Shown here one piece after another: positions 16,401 to 29,699 of a stretch of DNA of 64,000 nt. The notes beneath the pieces were generated by a model. It was given only the letters and a program-made list of their open reading frames with translations. It had not been told where the DNA came from and did no database searches. The stretch is from Sphaerodactylus townsendi (lineage: Eukaryota), in NCBI RefSeq assembly GCF_021028975.2, contig NC_059427.1, positions 66,774,001 to 66,838,000 of the forward strand. Direction: 5' to 3'. Position 1 is the first letter of the stretch. Every line of letters starts with the position of its first letter. The position numbers and the translations under genes were made by a program.

Positions 16401-17981
16401 ATATGTCTCCACAATATTTTGAGATTTCTCGTCTTCAGACTTAATTCAGGTTAGTCATTAATCTTGCCAAAATTAAGTGGCGGATTATTTCTACTCTTGT
16501 AAATTAGATCTAATTAGTCTCTTCGTAAAACCAGAAACATGAAGGTCAAAACACAGTTTAATGTTACTCAAAGTTATTTTCTCACTGGCATTCTCCCACA
16601 ACCATCTCAGTGTTTTCAAACTTTCAGGGAACAGAGGAATCCTTTCCACACAATTTTTATGGTAGCTCTTCTAATAATATAGAAGGGCACTAGGGTTATT
16701 TTCAACCCTGCCTTGTAATTAATGTCCTTGATGTAGAAAAAGCACGAAAGCACATAATAAATACACTTTCAGTTACCTGCCATTTTTACCCCGACCCCCC
16801 CCCCCGCACAATCCAGTGAACATGTGAACCACTTATTATACTTTGCTTTTCTATTCAAACTTTTAGGTGTCTATTTTTCTGCAGATTGTCATTTTCATTA
16901 TATGTTTTTAACAAATCAATAAAATTACTGGTTAAAAAAAACTTGGTGCAAAGAAACGCAAAGCCATCAGCTCTAGTACAGTAAAGATTGTTCAAAACAA
17001 GCTGTAATGACAAGGCCGGGGTTCTCTCTCTAGAGCATTAATGACCAATGCCTGAAATAGGTTGATCTTGGTCATAATTTTTCCGTGTCATTATTTCCCT
17101 TGTGGTCTAAAATCATTCTCCTGGTTGTTATGAAGCTATATTTTATAGATTAATGGTGTGCTTTTATTCTTTAGAAACTATGTGGAAATAAACCCTTGCC
17201 TCACAGGGGTGCAGTGTAACAACACATGTCCTTCCACTGCAGCGAATGATGTGAGAAGGAATGCTTGGCTGTGCTGAAGCATGGCCAGTATGAAGAATTC
17301 CCTGACCAGTCTTTGAGGCATTTAAAGGCCAGATCCTGCTAGGCTTCTGGTGATGGAGAAGCTTTAAAACTACAAACTCTCTCTTGCTGAGTGGATTTAC
17401 ATGACTGAACCTCTGTATGTTCTTTGCTCTGTTTGAGCTCCTTCCAATAATCCTGGTAGAAAGGGGGGGCTATATCTTGTTTACAGAAGGCATTTGCTGA
17501 GTAAAAGCACTGAGACTGAGCTGCGGATTAGAGTTCCATCTCGTGAGTACTAAACAAACTCCGGTTCACCCAGGCACCGGCATTTGTACATCATGGGGAA
17601 CCAGAGTTTGTTTCAAAGCAGGAATTCTTGATTGAAGGGAGAGTGAAGGATGGAGGAGTCGGCACAGGCACAGTAACACCTTGCGTTCATTGCAGTGTCC
17701 CAACTTAGCTGGGTTTGTTGTGAATCCTAAATGCAATATTGTAGGTCTGCCAGCTGTGGGTTGGGAAATACCCGGAGATTTTCGGGATGGAGTCTTGGGA
17801 GTATGACCTCAGCAGGGTATAATGCCATGCAGTCCAGCCTCCAAAGCAGCTATTTTCTTCAGGGAAACTGAACTTTGTAGTCTGGAGATCAGTTGTAATG
17901 GTGGGAGAGTTCCAGGCCTCATCAGGAGGTTGGCAATCCTAGTGGATCAGCCTACTATAAAATTTATTGGAGGGTCACTGA

Positions 17982-18318
17982 CAGTGGCAGAGGTATAAGG
18001 GGGCGGGGGGGATGCAGTGCACTGGGCGCGCGCTGGTGGGGGTGGAAAATTGCCCCCGGCCCCACCCCCTTTTAGTTCCTCTCTCCTGCCCCTTTGTTTT
18101 TCTCTCTTCCCACCAGGAAATTCCTTTCTCCTGCAGCCTGGTACGAACTACGCTTCCCAGGAGACCTTGCTCCTGGGAAGCGTAGTTCTCACCAGGCTGC
18201 AGGAGAGAGGAACTAAGGTAAGTGGGAAGGGGTGGGGGGTGGGGCCATGGGGGTTGCCATGGGGGCCAGGCCATGTGCCATTTTGCCTCGGCCCCCATTT
18301 TACACCCCTACATCTCTG
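17982..18318. mobile_element. hAT MITE with internal hairpin
   Basis: CAG...CTG termini, TSD GTCACTGA/GTCACTGT, and an internal inverted repeat at about 18127-18206. Confidence 0.7.
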
Positions 18319-18982
18319 GTCACTGTTGACAAAAAGCAAGCTGAGCCAAGCCTCTCTAGAACCCCAGTGGGTGTGGCACTGGGCATTTGCTCCTCCGACA
18401 TTGCTGTTGGATGGGCATGAGTGAATCAGCCCCCTGGCTGCTCCTACTGCCACTGGAGCTCAGTTTATCATTTTGACTTCCCAGCCACTCCCTGTAATGT
18501 AACCTACATGATCCTAATGCAACCAACCACTGTTGTGTCAGTGGAAGGAGTCATGCATTAGCTTACAAAAGTGTTCTAGGGAAAATTTCATTATCTGCAT
18601 AGAACAGATCCAGCCACAGCCTAATGTATGTCACATATCACCCCAAGTGTTTTAGAAAACTCTGATGTTTCTCTGTTTGGCTTTGGCTCTTTGGTTTGCC
18701 GCTGTGTTTTGTCTGCATCTTTAGCTCACTCTGCAGTCCAGCAATCATGTGTCCATAGTAAAGTTTTTTTAAACAAAATACTGATAAGATTTAGACTGTC
18801 AGCCACCTCTTTGTATCAACATGTTACCAGCTACATATCACTCCACAAATTATTCTGTTCAACGATATAAAGCATGATAGAAATAATGTGAATTTGTGAA
18901 ATGCTGCCAGAAGGTACTGGCAAAAGCAAGTCCTTCCCTCTGCAAACTAATTGCCAGTGGGCATTTTAAAAAAAGTTTAGCA

Positions 18983-19056
18983 CAGGGGTCTGCAATCTGC
19001 GGCTCTCCAGATGTTCATGGACTACAATTCCCATCAGCCCCTGCCAGCATGCCCTG
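18983..19056. mobile_element. hAT MITE (deleted derivative)
   Basis: CAGGGG...CCCTG, exact TSD GTTTAGCA, and the shared core ccagatgttcatggactacaattcccatcagcccc. Confidence 0.8.
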
Positions 19057-20617
19057 GTTTAGCATATCGCATTAATATGTAAAATCACAGTACGTAAATC
19101 TATTTGATTGAGAGTAGGGCAAACTATGCTTGTTTGTTTATAAACAAGGCAGCAGTTTGTTGCATTTAGAAACAGAGCCACATTCATATCAGAAGCAGCA
19201 TGAAGGGGATTGTTGCCATTTTCTCGACAACAACCTTTGTGCTTTTCACAGATCCTCACAAGTTTCCCCAAATACAGATGCCATGAGGGGGGAAGCTTCA
19301 CCTGTTGCCTTTCTGTCTGCTGGACAGCTGTTAAGGGCACAGAAGTCCTGCCAGAAAGGAAGAACTGATTAGCACAGACGTTAAAAGAATGGCCAGCAGT
19401 TAAAATGTGAAGAGAAACGGATGGTACCACTGCAATCCACAGCTCCGATTGTCCACTCATTCCAGATGCTCTGCAGTAATGCTCATTATCTTCAAAGGAG
19501 AAAAATCCTCACTAATGAGCTTGTTAAAAATAAAGACTACAAAAGAGGCAGGCTAGAGAAAGGCCCTGCAATCCAATAGGCTCTTCCAAGTAGAGAGCCA
19601 GAACACACTTCACAGCTCAGGATGTGTCAAAACCTTGCTGCATAATTAACATGCACAAAAACATTTTAAGCAGAAAATTACATTCCATAACAGCAATAAG
19701 GCACCAGGGACTGCAAATTACTTTTCAATGGCTCCCCACAGGCCATGTCAAGGGCATTTGACCTTAAGTCTCATGTTTAACCACACGTGTAGTGGGAAAT
19801 GGGAACAATCTTTCGCACCTGTCAGGCCTTATCTCTGAATTATTAGTGCGATGTTGTCAGTTAAAAAGCCCACACAGGGCAGTTTTTAAAAAATCCAAAT
19901 AAAACTCAACGCCATTTTAATTCCATGGTAATAATGCAACTATGCTTATATTGTTAAAGGACCATTGTTTGTTTAACCACCGTAATTACAATTGAGGTAG
20001 ATAGTTTCAGTAACAGCTGGTAGAACAAAGTGAACTCTTTTGTTCAAATGTAAAATGATCTGTTCAGGTAAAGCAAGTTATGAAATAGGATTTGTTTAGC
20101 AAGAAGAATTTTCTCTCTTTTCATCATTAGCAGCTATTATTTTGGGCAAAGCTCTAATCAGATGACTGAGTACCTTGGCAGGAGGCAGAGGCCACCAGTC
20201 ACATCACACCAGGGGGCACTTTTTGGAAAACAGAGGCCTGTACTTTGAGATTATTTATGATAATTAAACTAATTCTTGTTTCAGTCTTGTGGGCACTAAG
20301 ATTCTGGAAGATCTATTAATGGATCTCCCCAGTGTTCTTTAAAGGGCAGTAGTAATTTGGGGCTGTGACATCACAGGGAGAAATGGCTTCGCTTCCCCGG
20401 CATGGTTTTGTGGATCAATACCAATCCTTCTGTCTTTGGCTGGTAGTAGACCAAGAAGGAAAAATGATAGGATCTCACTCTTTGTTCATCTTTTCCCCCT
20501 TCCAAGTCTAATAACAGCACAATGGAGATCAATTTAATGGTTAAATTGCATGAGGAGGAAGTTCAATTCTTTCCCGCCTACTGCAGCTCTAATCTGAATT
20601 AGAGCCCAATATGGTTT

Positions 20618-21625
20618 TGTGTGTGTGTATGTGTGGTAAGTGCCACCAAGTCAGTTCTGACTTACAGAAACCATGTGAATGAATAACCTCCAAATATCCT
20701 ATCATTAACTGCCTTACTGAGGTTTTGCAGACTGAAGGCTGGGGCTTCCTTGACAAAATCAAGCCATCTTGTGTTGGGTCTTCTCCTTTTCCTGCTGCCT
20801 TCAACTTTTCCAAGCATTATTATCTTTTCCAATAATTGTTGTCCTTTCATGATGTGACCAAACCATGGCAGCCTCAGATTACTCATTTTAGTTTCTAGAG
20901 AAAGTTAATGCTTGATTTGATCTAGAACCTACTGATTTGTCTTTTTAAGCTTCGCTACTGGTTGATGGTATCCATAAAATTCTCCTCCAACACTACGGCT
21001 CATTCCGCACATGCAGAATAATGCACTTTCAACCTGCTTTCAGTGCTCTTTGGAGCTGTGCGGAATAGCAAAATCCACTTGCAAACAGTTGTGAAAGTGG
21101 TTTGAAAACACATTATTTTGCGTGTGCTGAAGGGCCTACAGTTCAAACAAATCAACTTTCTTCCTGTCGAAGTTTCACATCCATACATAGTAATAAGAAA
21201 TACTGTTGCATGAATTATCTTGGTCTTGGTCTCCAGTGACATATCCCTATACTTAATGATCTTTTCCAGGTTCTTCATGGCTGCCTTTCTCAGTATTCTT
21301 CTGATTTTATGGTTGTAGTCTCCCTTTTGGTTGATGATCAAGCCAAAGAATAGAAATCTTCACCAATTTCAATTTCCTGATTGTCAGCCTTAAAGTTGAG
21401 TAATTCTCCAGTAATCTTTGTCTTCTTGATGTTCAGTTATAATAACCCTGCTTTGGCACTTTCTGCTTTAACCTTCAGCAGTGGTTGCTTCAAGTCTTCA
21501 TTGTTTTCAGTCATAATAAGGTGTCATCAGCATATCTCAAACTGTCAATGTTCCTTTCACCAATTTTTACTCCACCTTCATCTAAAACTAATTCAGTTTT
21601 CCTTATGATATGTTCTGTATATACA
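20618..21625 (-). mobile_element. RTE/BovB-like LINE 3' fragment
   Basis: Minus-strand RLPWFGHIM...LEKIIMLGKVEGSRKRRRPNTRWLD and TKTKIIHATVFLITMYGCE, with a (CA)n-type tail. Confidence 0.88.
20997..21136. mobile_element. PIF/Harbinger-type MITE nested in the RTE LINE
   Basis: Same family as 9707-9847, with 3-bp TSD TAC. Confidence 0.8.
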
Positions 21626-22340
21626 TTGACAATATGTCTCCTATTTCCATTTAAAACCCACTGTGGAAATCTGTTCATGGATCTTCCAAAGTCATTGTTT
21701 TAATCTACCACTTTGAAGTTCAGACATGCTTCCTATTCAAAAAAATAGCTTTCAAATCTAACCAGGCTCCTCAGAGATAACTTTCTTTACTGACAGCAAT
21801 TTTGGTGTGTTTATGAGACCTAAAGGCTAAGTGTTCCATTTCTGATATGTATTAAAAACCAGACAGTTATCTCTGCTGTAATGTCTCCATATCACACTGC
21901 TCACCTACAGAACATCAGAACTTGAAGTAAATGCATCATGGGATTTGACTGTGACATATTCTCATAATGCAAAGTAACTGCAGCATAGGAATTTTGTTAG
22001 TCGGAAAAGCCATTTTCTGTGCATTTGTCCTCAAAGGCCTGTTCTGCATGGAATACCTGCCTCTGGGTCTTTGCTGTGCAGTGGAGTTGTTGTGGGATCT
22101 CCTTGTGTTTCTTTGTTTACACCTGAGGAAGCACTCCACTGCTAATGCGCAGCTTGCTTGCTGAAGTCTCCATGGCCTCTGCAGCTTTTCCTGGTTCTCT
22201 TAACTTGGCCTATCAACTCACTCTGGATTTGTTAAAGCCCTTCAAATTGCTGTTATATTGATATTGTAGCCCCTTTCCAAAAATAACTCCCCCTCCCCCA
22301 ATGAAAGAGGCAAAGCAATTCCCTGGCTCACACCCTACTG

Positions 22341-23277
22341 CAGGGGTGTAACGAGGCAGCCCTGGGCAAACTGTAGCCCTGGGCAAAACCTGAGTTGGAT
22401 GCCCCCCCATGGGCGGTCACTCCACCATGACCAAAAATTTTTTTTGCTCCAGGACATTGGTGCCTGCAGGGGGTGCATTTTTAGACATATCAGCACCACA
22501 ATTTCAGCATATCATCAAGAGACTGTCCTTATGCTACTCCCCAGGTTTGGTGAGGTTTGGTTCAAGGAGTCCAAAGTTATGGACTCCCAAAGGGGGTGCC
22601 CCATCCCCCATTGTTTCCAATGGGAGCTAATAGGAGATGGGGGCTACAGTTTTGAGGGTCCATAACTTTGGCCCCCCTGAACCAAACTGCACCAAACCTT
22701 GGGGGTGCCATAATCTCCAGATGATGTCCTGAAATTTTGGTGCCAGTACATCCAAAAATGCACCCCCTGCAGGAACATCCTAGAAATTTGCCCAAGAATC
22801 TTTGTTCTGCTTTGAGTTTTCTGCATTGCTGTCAATGGGGGTTGCAGGTTGTGGGGGGCACATTTCTGAAGTCACAATCTCAAAACTTTCAGGGTCTCAT
22901 CAGGAGACTTCCCTAATGATACCCCCCAAGTTTGGTGCAGTTTGGTTCAGGGGGGCCAAAGTTATGGACCCTCAAACTGTAGCCCCCATCTCCTATTAGC
23001 TCCCATTGGAAACAATGGGAGATAGGGGAACCCCCTTTGGGAGTCCATAACTTTGGACTCCCTGAACCAAACCTCACCAAACATGGGGGGTAGCATAAGG
23101 ACAGTCTCCTGATGATACGCTGAAATTTTGGTGCCGCTAGCCTAAAAACTGCGCCTCCTGCAGGCCAAAAATGGAAAACCACTAAAATACCCAAAAACGA
23201 ACCCAGCATTTTGATGCCCCCCACAAGGTGATGCCCTGGGCAGCTGCCCACCTTGCCCAATGGGCATTACGCCAGTG
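22341..23277. mobile_element. hAT non-autonomous element with long internal inverted repeat
   Basis: TIRs CAGGGGTGTAA / TTACGCCAGTG and exact TSD CCCTACTG. About 22465-22770 is inverted relative to about 22880-23165. Confidence 0.85.
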
Positions 23278-24447
23278 CCCTACTGAAGAAGGGGAAACTG
23301 TCCTATAACTGTTATTATCTCTCTCTCTCTCCCACTCCCCCCTACCACACAAACATATTTCCTGCTTCTGCTGCCATGGGAGGAGAGAGAGGCTTGTCAT
23401 CTCAATATTCCTCATTATTTTTATATTCCTATATTTGATCTATTCTCACATCTGCACCCTGATATCCCTGTAGTGGATGGGCAAGGGGATTCACACCATC
23501 CCTGGAAAAGAGAGGGGGCTGAGTACACAGGAACATTGGATGCATGGAGAGACCAAGCACTATCTGTTATCATTACATCAAGGTATTGATTCAATATATC
23601 GATATGAGAATTTAGAGGTGTATTTTGACTACATGGCATGTAGCTGAGTTTCTTTTCTTTGACTTCCATTTGCAGGCTACCCAAAGATACCAGCAAGAAG
23701 AGTAGGAAGCAGGAAGAAGTTGGCAACATGGAAGAGAGGGTGAGGGGGAAGGTGTGGACAGTAGTGGAAGTGTGTGGGAAGAGTGAAGCTAGGTAGACTG
23801 GCTGTGAGTGGAGGGAAGATGTCCAGGGCAAAGCTGTGCTCACTGGCAAGTCTGCCTCACTCTTATGATGAAGCAAATTAAAGTTATGCTAGAAATGGTG
23901 TTGCTTGCTACGGAGAGAACAGAAAGTGAAAGTGGGACTCAAGGAAATTCATCTGTACAAGAAATCTTGCCGTGATGAATATTTGCCCCAGCAGCGCAAC
24001 AGATACCTTATGCATAATCAGCCAAAGTGTTCTAGTCACTAGAAATTCCTGTGGCCAGTGGCAGAACTGGATAGTGCAGTTTTGAGATATAATTTTATAT
24101 GATAGGCTCAAGTGGGCTGTAATTCCCACAAATGATCTTTTTGGCTCCAGATGATTGCATTTCATCCCAAATCTTCTCTACTTAGGACTTTTCTGCATAG
24201 GGTTTTCTTGTTGGTTCTGCCCCCACAATGCTCCAGTTTATCCCCTGATTTCCTCATGCATTTTTGTGTCTTTAGTTTTCACTTTGAGTTTTTTTATCCA
24301 TCCCATCCTATCCCCATCCCTGATTTTGTGAGACCACTTTTACCCCAATGTTTTCTGGAAGCTGATTTGAACCATCTTTTCCTTCATGAGTAATATTTCT
24401 GTTGGCTTCCTTTGTCCTGTCCATTCCTACCCACCAGCCCACTCTTC

Positions 24448-24800
24448 AGCCCCATGGCACAGAGTGCTAAGCTGCACTACTGCAGTCAAAGCTCTACCAT
24501 GGCCTCAGTTCAAACCTAACAGAAGTTGGTTTCAGGTAGCCAGCTGAAGGTTGACTCAGTATTCCATCCTTCCGAGATTGGTAAAATGAGTACCCAGCTT
24601 GCTGAGGGGAAAGTATAGATCCGTGGTGGCGAACCTTTGGCACTCCAAAGGGTTTTGTAGTCCATGGGGATTGTAGTCCATACCATCTGGAGTGCCAAAG
24701 GTTCGCCACCACTGGTATAGATGATTGGGGAAGAAGTCTGCCTAGTAAACATTCTGATGTGATGTCACCCCATAGGTCAATAATGGTCCTGCTCCTGCAG
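24448..24800 (+). mobile_element. Sauria SINE interrupted by a MITE
   Basis: tRNA-like head plus the core GGTTGACTCAG..TTCCATCCTTCCGAG.T.GGTAAAATGAGTACCCAGCTTGCTG. Confidence 0.85.
24621..24714. mobile_element. hAT MITE (internally deleted palindrome)
   Basis: TIR CCGTGGTGGCGAACCTTTGGCACTCCA with exact TSD GTATAGAT. Confidence 0.9.
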
Positions 24801-24831
24801 TTTTATGTGCCATAGTGTTGCTATTTAAGAA

Positions 24832-25128
24832 GAAGAAGAGTTTGGATTTATATCCCCCCCTTTCTCTCCTGTAGGAGACTCAAAGGGGCTTACAACCTCC
24901 TTGCCCTTCCCCACTCACAACAAACACCCTGTGAGGTGGGTGGGGCTGAGAGAGCTCCGAAAAGCTGTGACTAGCCCAAGGTCACCCAGCTGGCATGCGT
25001 GGGAGTGCACAGGCTAATCTGAATTCCTCAGATAAGCCTCCACAGCTCAAGCGGCAGAGCAGGGAATCAAACCTGTTTCCCCCAGATTAGAATGCACCTG
25101 CTCTTAACCACTATGCCACTGCTGCTCC
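24832..25128 (-). mobile_element. tRNA-derived SINE, Squam3-like, (CTT)n tail
   Basis: Minus-strand A-box TGGCATAGTGG, B-box-like GGTTTGATTCC, (CTT)n tail, and flanking TTAAGAA repeat. Confidence 0.8.
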
Positions 25129-27722
25129 TTAAGAAACACATGTAGTGTCTTTGTATACTGTAAATCACAGGAGAAGTTTGCCATGAATTTGTTAGAGAAC
25201 AATATTCAGCCATGTGTGCCATTAAGGCATGAAGAAGAAAGGAATGGCTTACATGCTACTGGCAGATGCAATCACTTGTTTGGATGAACATCTGTCCAAA
25301 GCTATTAAGGTTTTGCTTGCATCTTGCCTCCCTACTCTGCCTCTGCTGCCTCACCATTGATTAGGAAGCCTACTCCAGAAGGAATAAACCTCAGTCCATT
25401 TCCATGGCACATGCACACACAGCAGTGACTCCTCTCCAGTCCAGCCAATTAGCAACAACAAAGAACAGACACATCCTTAACTAGACCAGTGTTAATGGTG
25501 GTCAGCATCTGAATGGAGGTGTCAGCAAATTCATTATGACATCAGAGCATACAACCACAGTCAGCGCTTCTGTCCTAAGAGCACTTCAGCAGCAGGAAGT
25601 CAAACATCACCTTTCCTTAAAATATGTGCCTTTCCTGAATGAAAGTCCACTATGGGGTTATGCTCATGTTGTGTAAGTAAAATTTACACTTTTAAGAAGA
25701 GTTACCCCAATCTAAACCCACTGATTAATGCAGCATATCAAACTTATTTGCAGATTGTATAGTAGTATGATAGCAGTTCATTGTGGAAATTACATACTTA
25801 AAAATAGACCCTATTCTGCTTAGTTGTCAAAAGAGGGCAGGCAGAAGATTTTTCTGAAGAAAGAACAGATGGAAAGAGGGTCAGGATTGTGGCAGCAAAC
25901 CCCACCCTGATCCCCATACTTTGGTTGGCTCTTTGTCCCCAGAACTTATGTACATATATAGGCAGGTACACTCTATCCACGTGATTTGGTGTCCTGTAAA
26001 ATGTGGGGTATAAGCCCAGCATAGAATTTGTCCATATGTAGGCTCTGTGCATACAGATTTGGTCAAGATATAAAAGCTTGGATTTGGGGGTGGTGAATAC
26101 AAACACGCCTCCCAGCATGTTCAGTTCCACATCTTCATATTGTCTGAAAAGAGCTAGAACTACTTAGGAAAAAATCATGGGAATTTTGAAGGAACTACAG
26201 TAACAAGCACAAAGAACCCATGGCACATTTTTTTCAAGAAAAAAAAATCAGACCAGAGATGGAACAGCATTGCCCTGAACATGGCTAAGGGAAAAGTCAA
26301 GCACTGAATTGCTGGCAGGTTTTGCTTTGAATTTATTTCCACTAGGAAATATCTCTTATAGAACTTACTGAGAGGTTGAAAAGACAACAATGGCTGTTCT
26401 CTACTGTGTTCTTCCCCCAACTTCAATTGTTCTAGAAACACGTGTGCCTTTTCAGGCAACAAAAATAATAATCACTTGTGCTAGTTATTAATTATTATTC
26501 AGTGTGTCTTGCTTCTGACAAATCCCTGAATGTTTCCCACCAGAGACAGACAGAAATGAAAATTATAAGCTGATGGGCTTCTTATATGGTCAAGTATTCT
26601 TGTATTCTAACTGCAGAATTTCTAAGTATGTCAACATGAACTGTAATCAACTTTATACCTAATATAAATGGAATAATGGCTTCATAAAAATCAGAATCAG
26701 TGCACTGGACATAGGTGATGAATTTACACATTAGATCTTACCAAATAGTTTACTGTTAGGATTGCAGAGGGCATTCTGGGGTAAAGTTTGTCATATATGT
26801 TGGAATAAGCGACTTCTGCATGCCTGGACACTGGAGGGTGCTGTGTATCTCACTCTGTGTTGTTGCCTCTCTTGTTTGCCCTCCTTGTCTGGGCCAGGAG
26901 ACCGCCCACTAACTTCCTTTCTTCCCCATGCTGGTTTCACTTCTGTCCTAGCCTTCAACCTGAGTGCATGGTCAATGGCTGCCTGCCATAGTGGGGCTTT
27001 CCCATTGAAGCAATCTCTCACTTGCACCCACGTGATGGCATGGTAGAGTGCCCACTTGTTCATAGGAAAAGTATTCCTTAGACTAGGGGTTCTTTCTATC
27101 TATCTACCTTTTTCCTGGAACAAAGCTGTGAACTGGAGATGCTTGAATAAATGTAAGTTTTACCTTTTACATTTTATCTCTTGAGAAGTTTCTATAAACT
27201 GCACTCACACACACTACTGGGCAGATCCATAATTCTAAACAAAATCTAACAATATATACATTGCATTGGGTTTGTCATATATATATATTGAGGTATGTTA
27301 CCATCCATATTATGCTACATCCACTTTTAATGCATAACTGTTTTGTGGCAATCAGATGTAAAGTACATTGGAAAGCCCAGTTTGGTTTTTGTGCACTTCT
27401 GGGAACATCAGCTATTATCTTGCATCTACCTAAATGTATATGAGATGCTCTTTGTCAATTGCTGTCACTACCTCTGCATCCTTCTTTTGAGTGATTCTTT
27501 TGGCTAATCTGGGTATAGCCACAGTGTAATTAGAGTTGGAGCTCACAGAAGTCTAGTTAAAGAATGTTGGAATGCCGGAGCTCAGCTCCAACCAGAACAC
27601 ATGAATTAATCATGGGAAATGTCTTAGCCTATACAGAATACATTTCAGCCTTCACTGAGTAGCCAAAGCCTTCTCACATATATCTGGAATTGGGAGGTTT
27701 GAATTAAGGCTGTGCTTTCTAA

Positions 27723-28225
27723 GGCCGTTTCCGCACGGCCTCCCTGTCGCCTCCACGCCGGCGAGAATTCCGCCGGCGTGGAGGCGAAGGTCGTTCGCAT
27801 GCACGCATGCGAGCGGCCGCAGCAGAGGCCGGCAAATGGCTCTTCTCCCTGGCCCGTCCCACTCACCTTGTCCCCGTCGTCGCCTGCTGGCCGTCGAAGC
27901 CCCGCCCACGCTGCCCTCCGACCTCCAGGGGTCGGAGGACAGTGTGGGCGGGGCTTCGACGGCCAGCAGGCGTAATTTACTGGGACAAGGTGAGTGGGAC
28001 GGGCCAGGGAGACAGCGTGTTCCCGGCGGCGCTGGCTCGCGAACCTGTCAGTTGAAGACGCTTTCCCCCCAACAACAACCCTTTAAAGGGTTGTTGTTTA
28101 GGGCGGCCTGACGCCGCCCTGGGGGGGGGGAAGCGCAGTCAGGTTGGCGCTGCTGCGAACGGCGGCCTGGGGGCGGCGTTTTTACCGCCCCCAGGCCGTC
28201 GTTTTTGGCCCATGCGGAAAGGGCC
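27723..28225. mobile_element. CpG-rich PIF/Harbinger non-autonomous element
   Basis: TIRs GGCCGTTTCCGCA / TGCGGAAAGGGCC, TSD TAA, and several internal palindromes. Confidence 0.85.
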
Positions 28226-28471
28226 TAAGCCAGTCTGAAATGCTGGAGCATTTTTTAGACTGCAAGAACGGAGTATACCTAATAGCGTCGTATAGGGTGG
28301 TCAATTGCTCTTCCAACTCTTACTAGCCTAATTATGTATATGACAGAATCACAGGGAAAGTCTTGTTATTTGTTAACGGCTTGAGAGTTCTTGTAGCATA
28401 GGCTCAGGTACCATTTGGGACATTTTAACCCTAAGCTCTGTACTTACCATTTTTTCCTCTTTTCCTTTGCA

Positions 28472-28555
28472 ATGGGTGTCAAGTATCGAAGAAGTTATTC
28501 TGATGAGCCATTTGCTTACCCTGAACCTGTACCACCTCTGTACGAAGCAATTAAG
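28472..28555 (+). CDS. IQCF-like, predicted first coding exon (MGVKYRRSYSDEPFAYPEPVPPLYEAIK)
   Basis: GCAATGG Kozak context and 28 open codons. The phase-0 donor AAG|GTACAT matches the phase-0 acceptor at 31211. The MGVK start resembles IQCF N-termini. Confidence 0.62.
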
Positions 28556-29699
28556 GTACATACCAGGCTTGTATGCAGCCAGCAGTAAGGTGATCGAACT
28601 CAGTTATACGTCGTTCTCACTGTCCTTTGAACATTCTGTAACATTCATCTCTTTGTCAGGCAATGACTTTAAACTGTTTCACACACAAATGAATTAACCT
28701 GTGCAGAATGAGAGGTGATCATGTTTCTCCTTCTCAATTGTGTCAACAGTAGTGACAAATACACTCAGTACCCCCAGACACACAAGGTATTTAGGAATAC
28801 ATTCCCTCAGCTATCATGGGTGATTATTGATGATGCATTCATTTAATCAAACGTAGAGTAGATCCATACTATATCTCATGGTTCACTTTAAAAAAAAGAC
28901 AAGCAAGCTCTGGTCACTATGTTTCCACCTCAGGAACATGACGAATGAGAGTCAGGATATGAGCATCCAGACAGGGATTCTACTGAAACCCTCTAATCAG
29001 GAAAGTGTAGGGTTATTCATGTTTGACTGGCTTTAATAGCTGAAATAGGTCAGCAATCAAAATGCCAATAAATCAGTCACTACATGTTACGGTTGTTGAA
29101 GACATCGAAATAGCAAACAAGGCAAAAGCAGGAATCTACCTCCATGCAGGATGTTCTGTTTCATAACATGAAACATCATAACATCAAAACATGAGGAGCA
29201 AAAACTACCAGACCATAGGAAAGGGCCATAGCTGGCTCACCAACAAAACCTGTTGAAAGGTGCTCCTGGCCACTCATTCCACTTGTTTATCCTTGGTTTG
29301 GCTGGATTAGTTTTAATATATTTGTTTATTTTAAGTTATTTACAGCCCACCTTTCTCACAGGTACTCAAGGTGGACGACACAAAGTTCACATTCAACAGA
29401 ATGGGACATTCAATAACCAATGCATTAGGATTTCAGAAGTCTGGAAATATCAGAAAGAGGAGAAACATAGCATAACTATTACCTTAACACATAAAACAGG
29501 CCAAAATCACTATAGGATCCTAGTTAAAATAAGCTATGTGGAATAGTAATGACCACAGCCCTAATAATTTATCTATGTAAATTTTGCTTGTTTTGTCTGA
29601 TTTGATTCCTTCTCTTGATGTTCTGTTTTATTTGCTGGTTATGCCAATAAAGGAATGATGACGACATCACTATCATGTTAAGATTCATGTAAATTTGTG

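Noticed and set aside
27723-28225. Native CpG-island promoter
   Set aside because: The GC-rich block is bounded exactly by TIRs and a TAA TSD, so it is a transposon.
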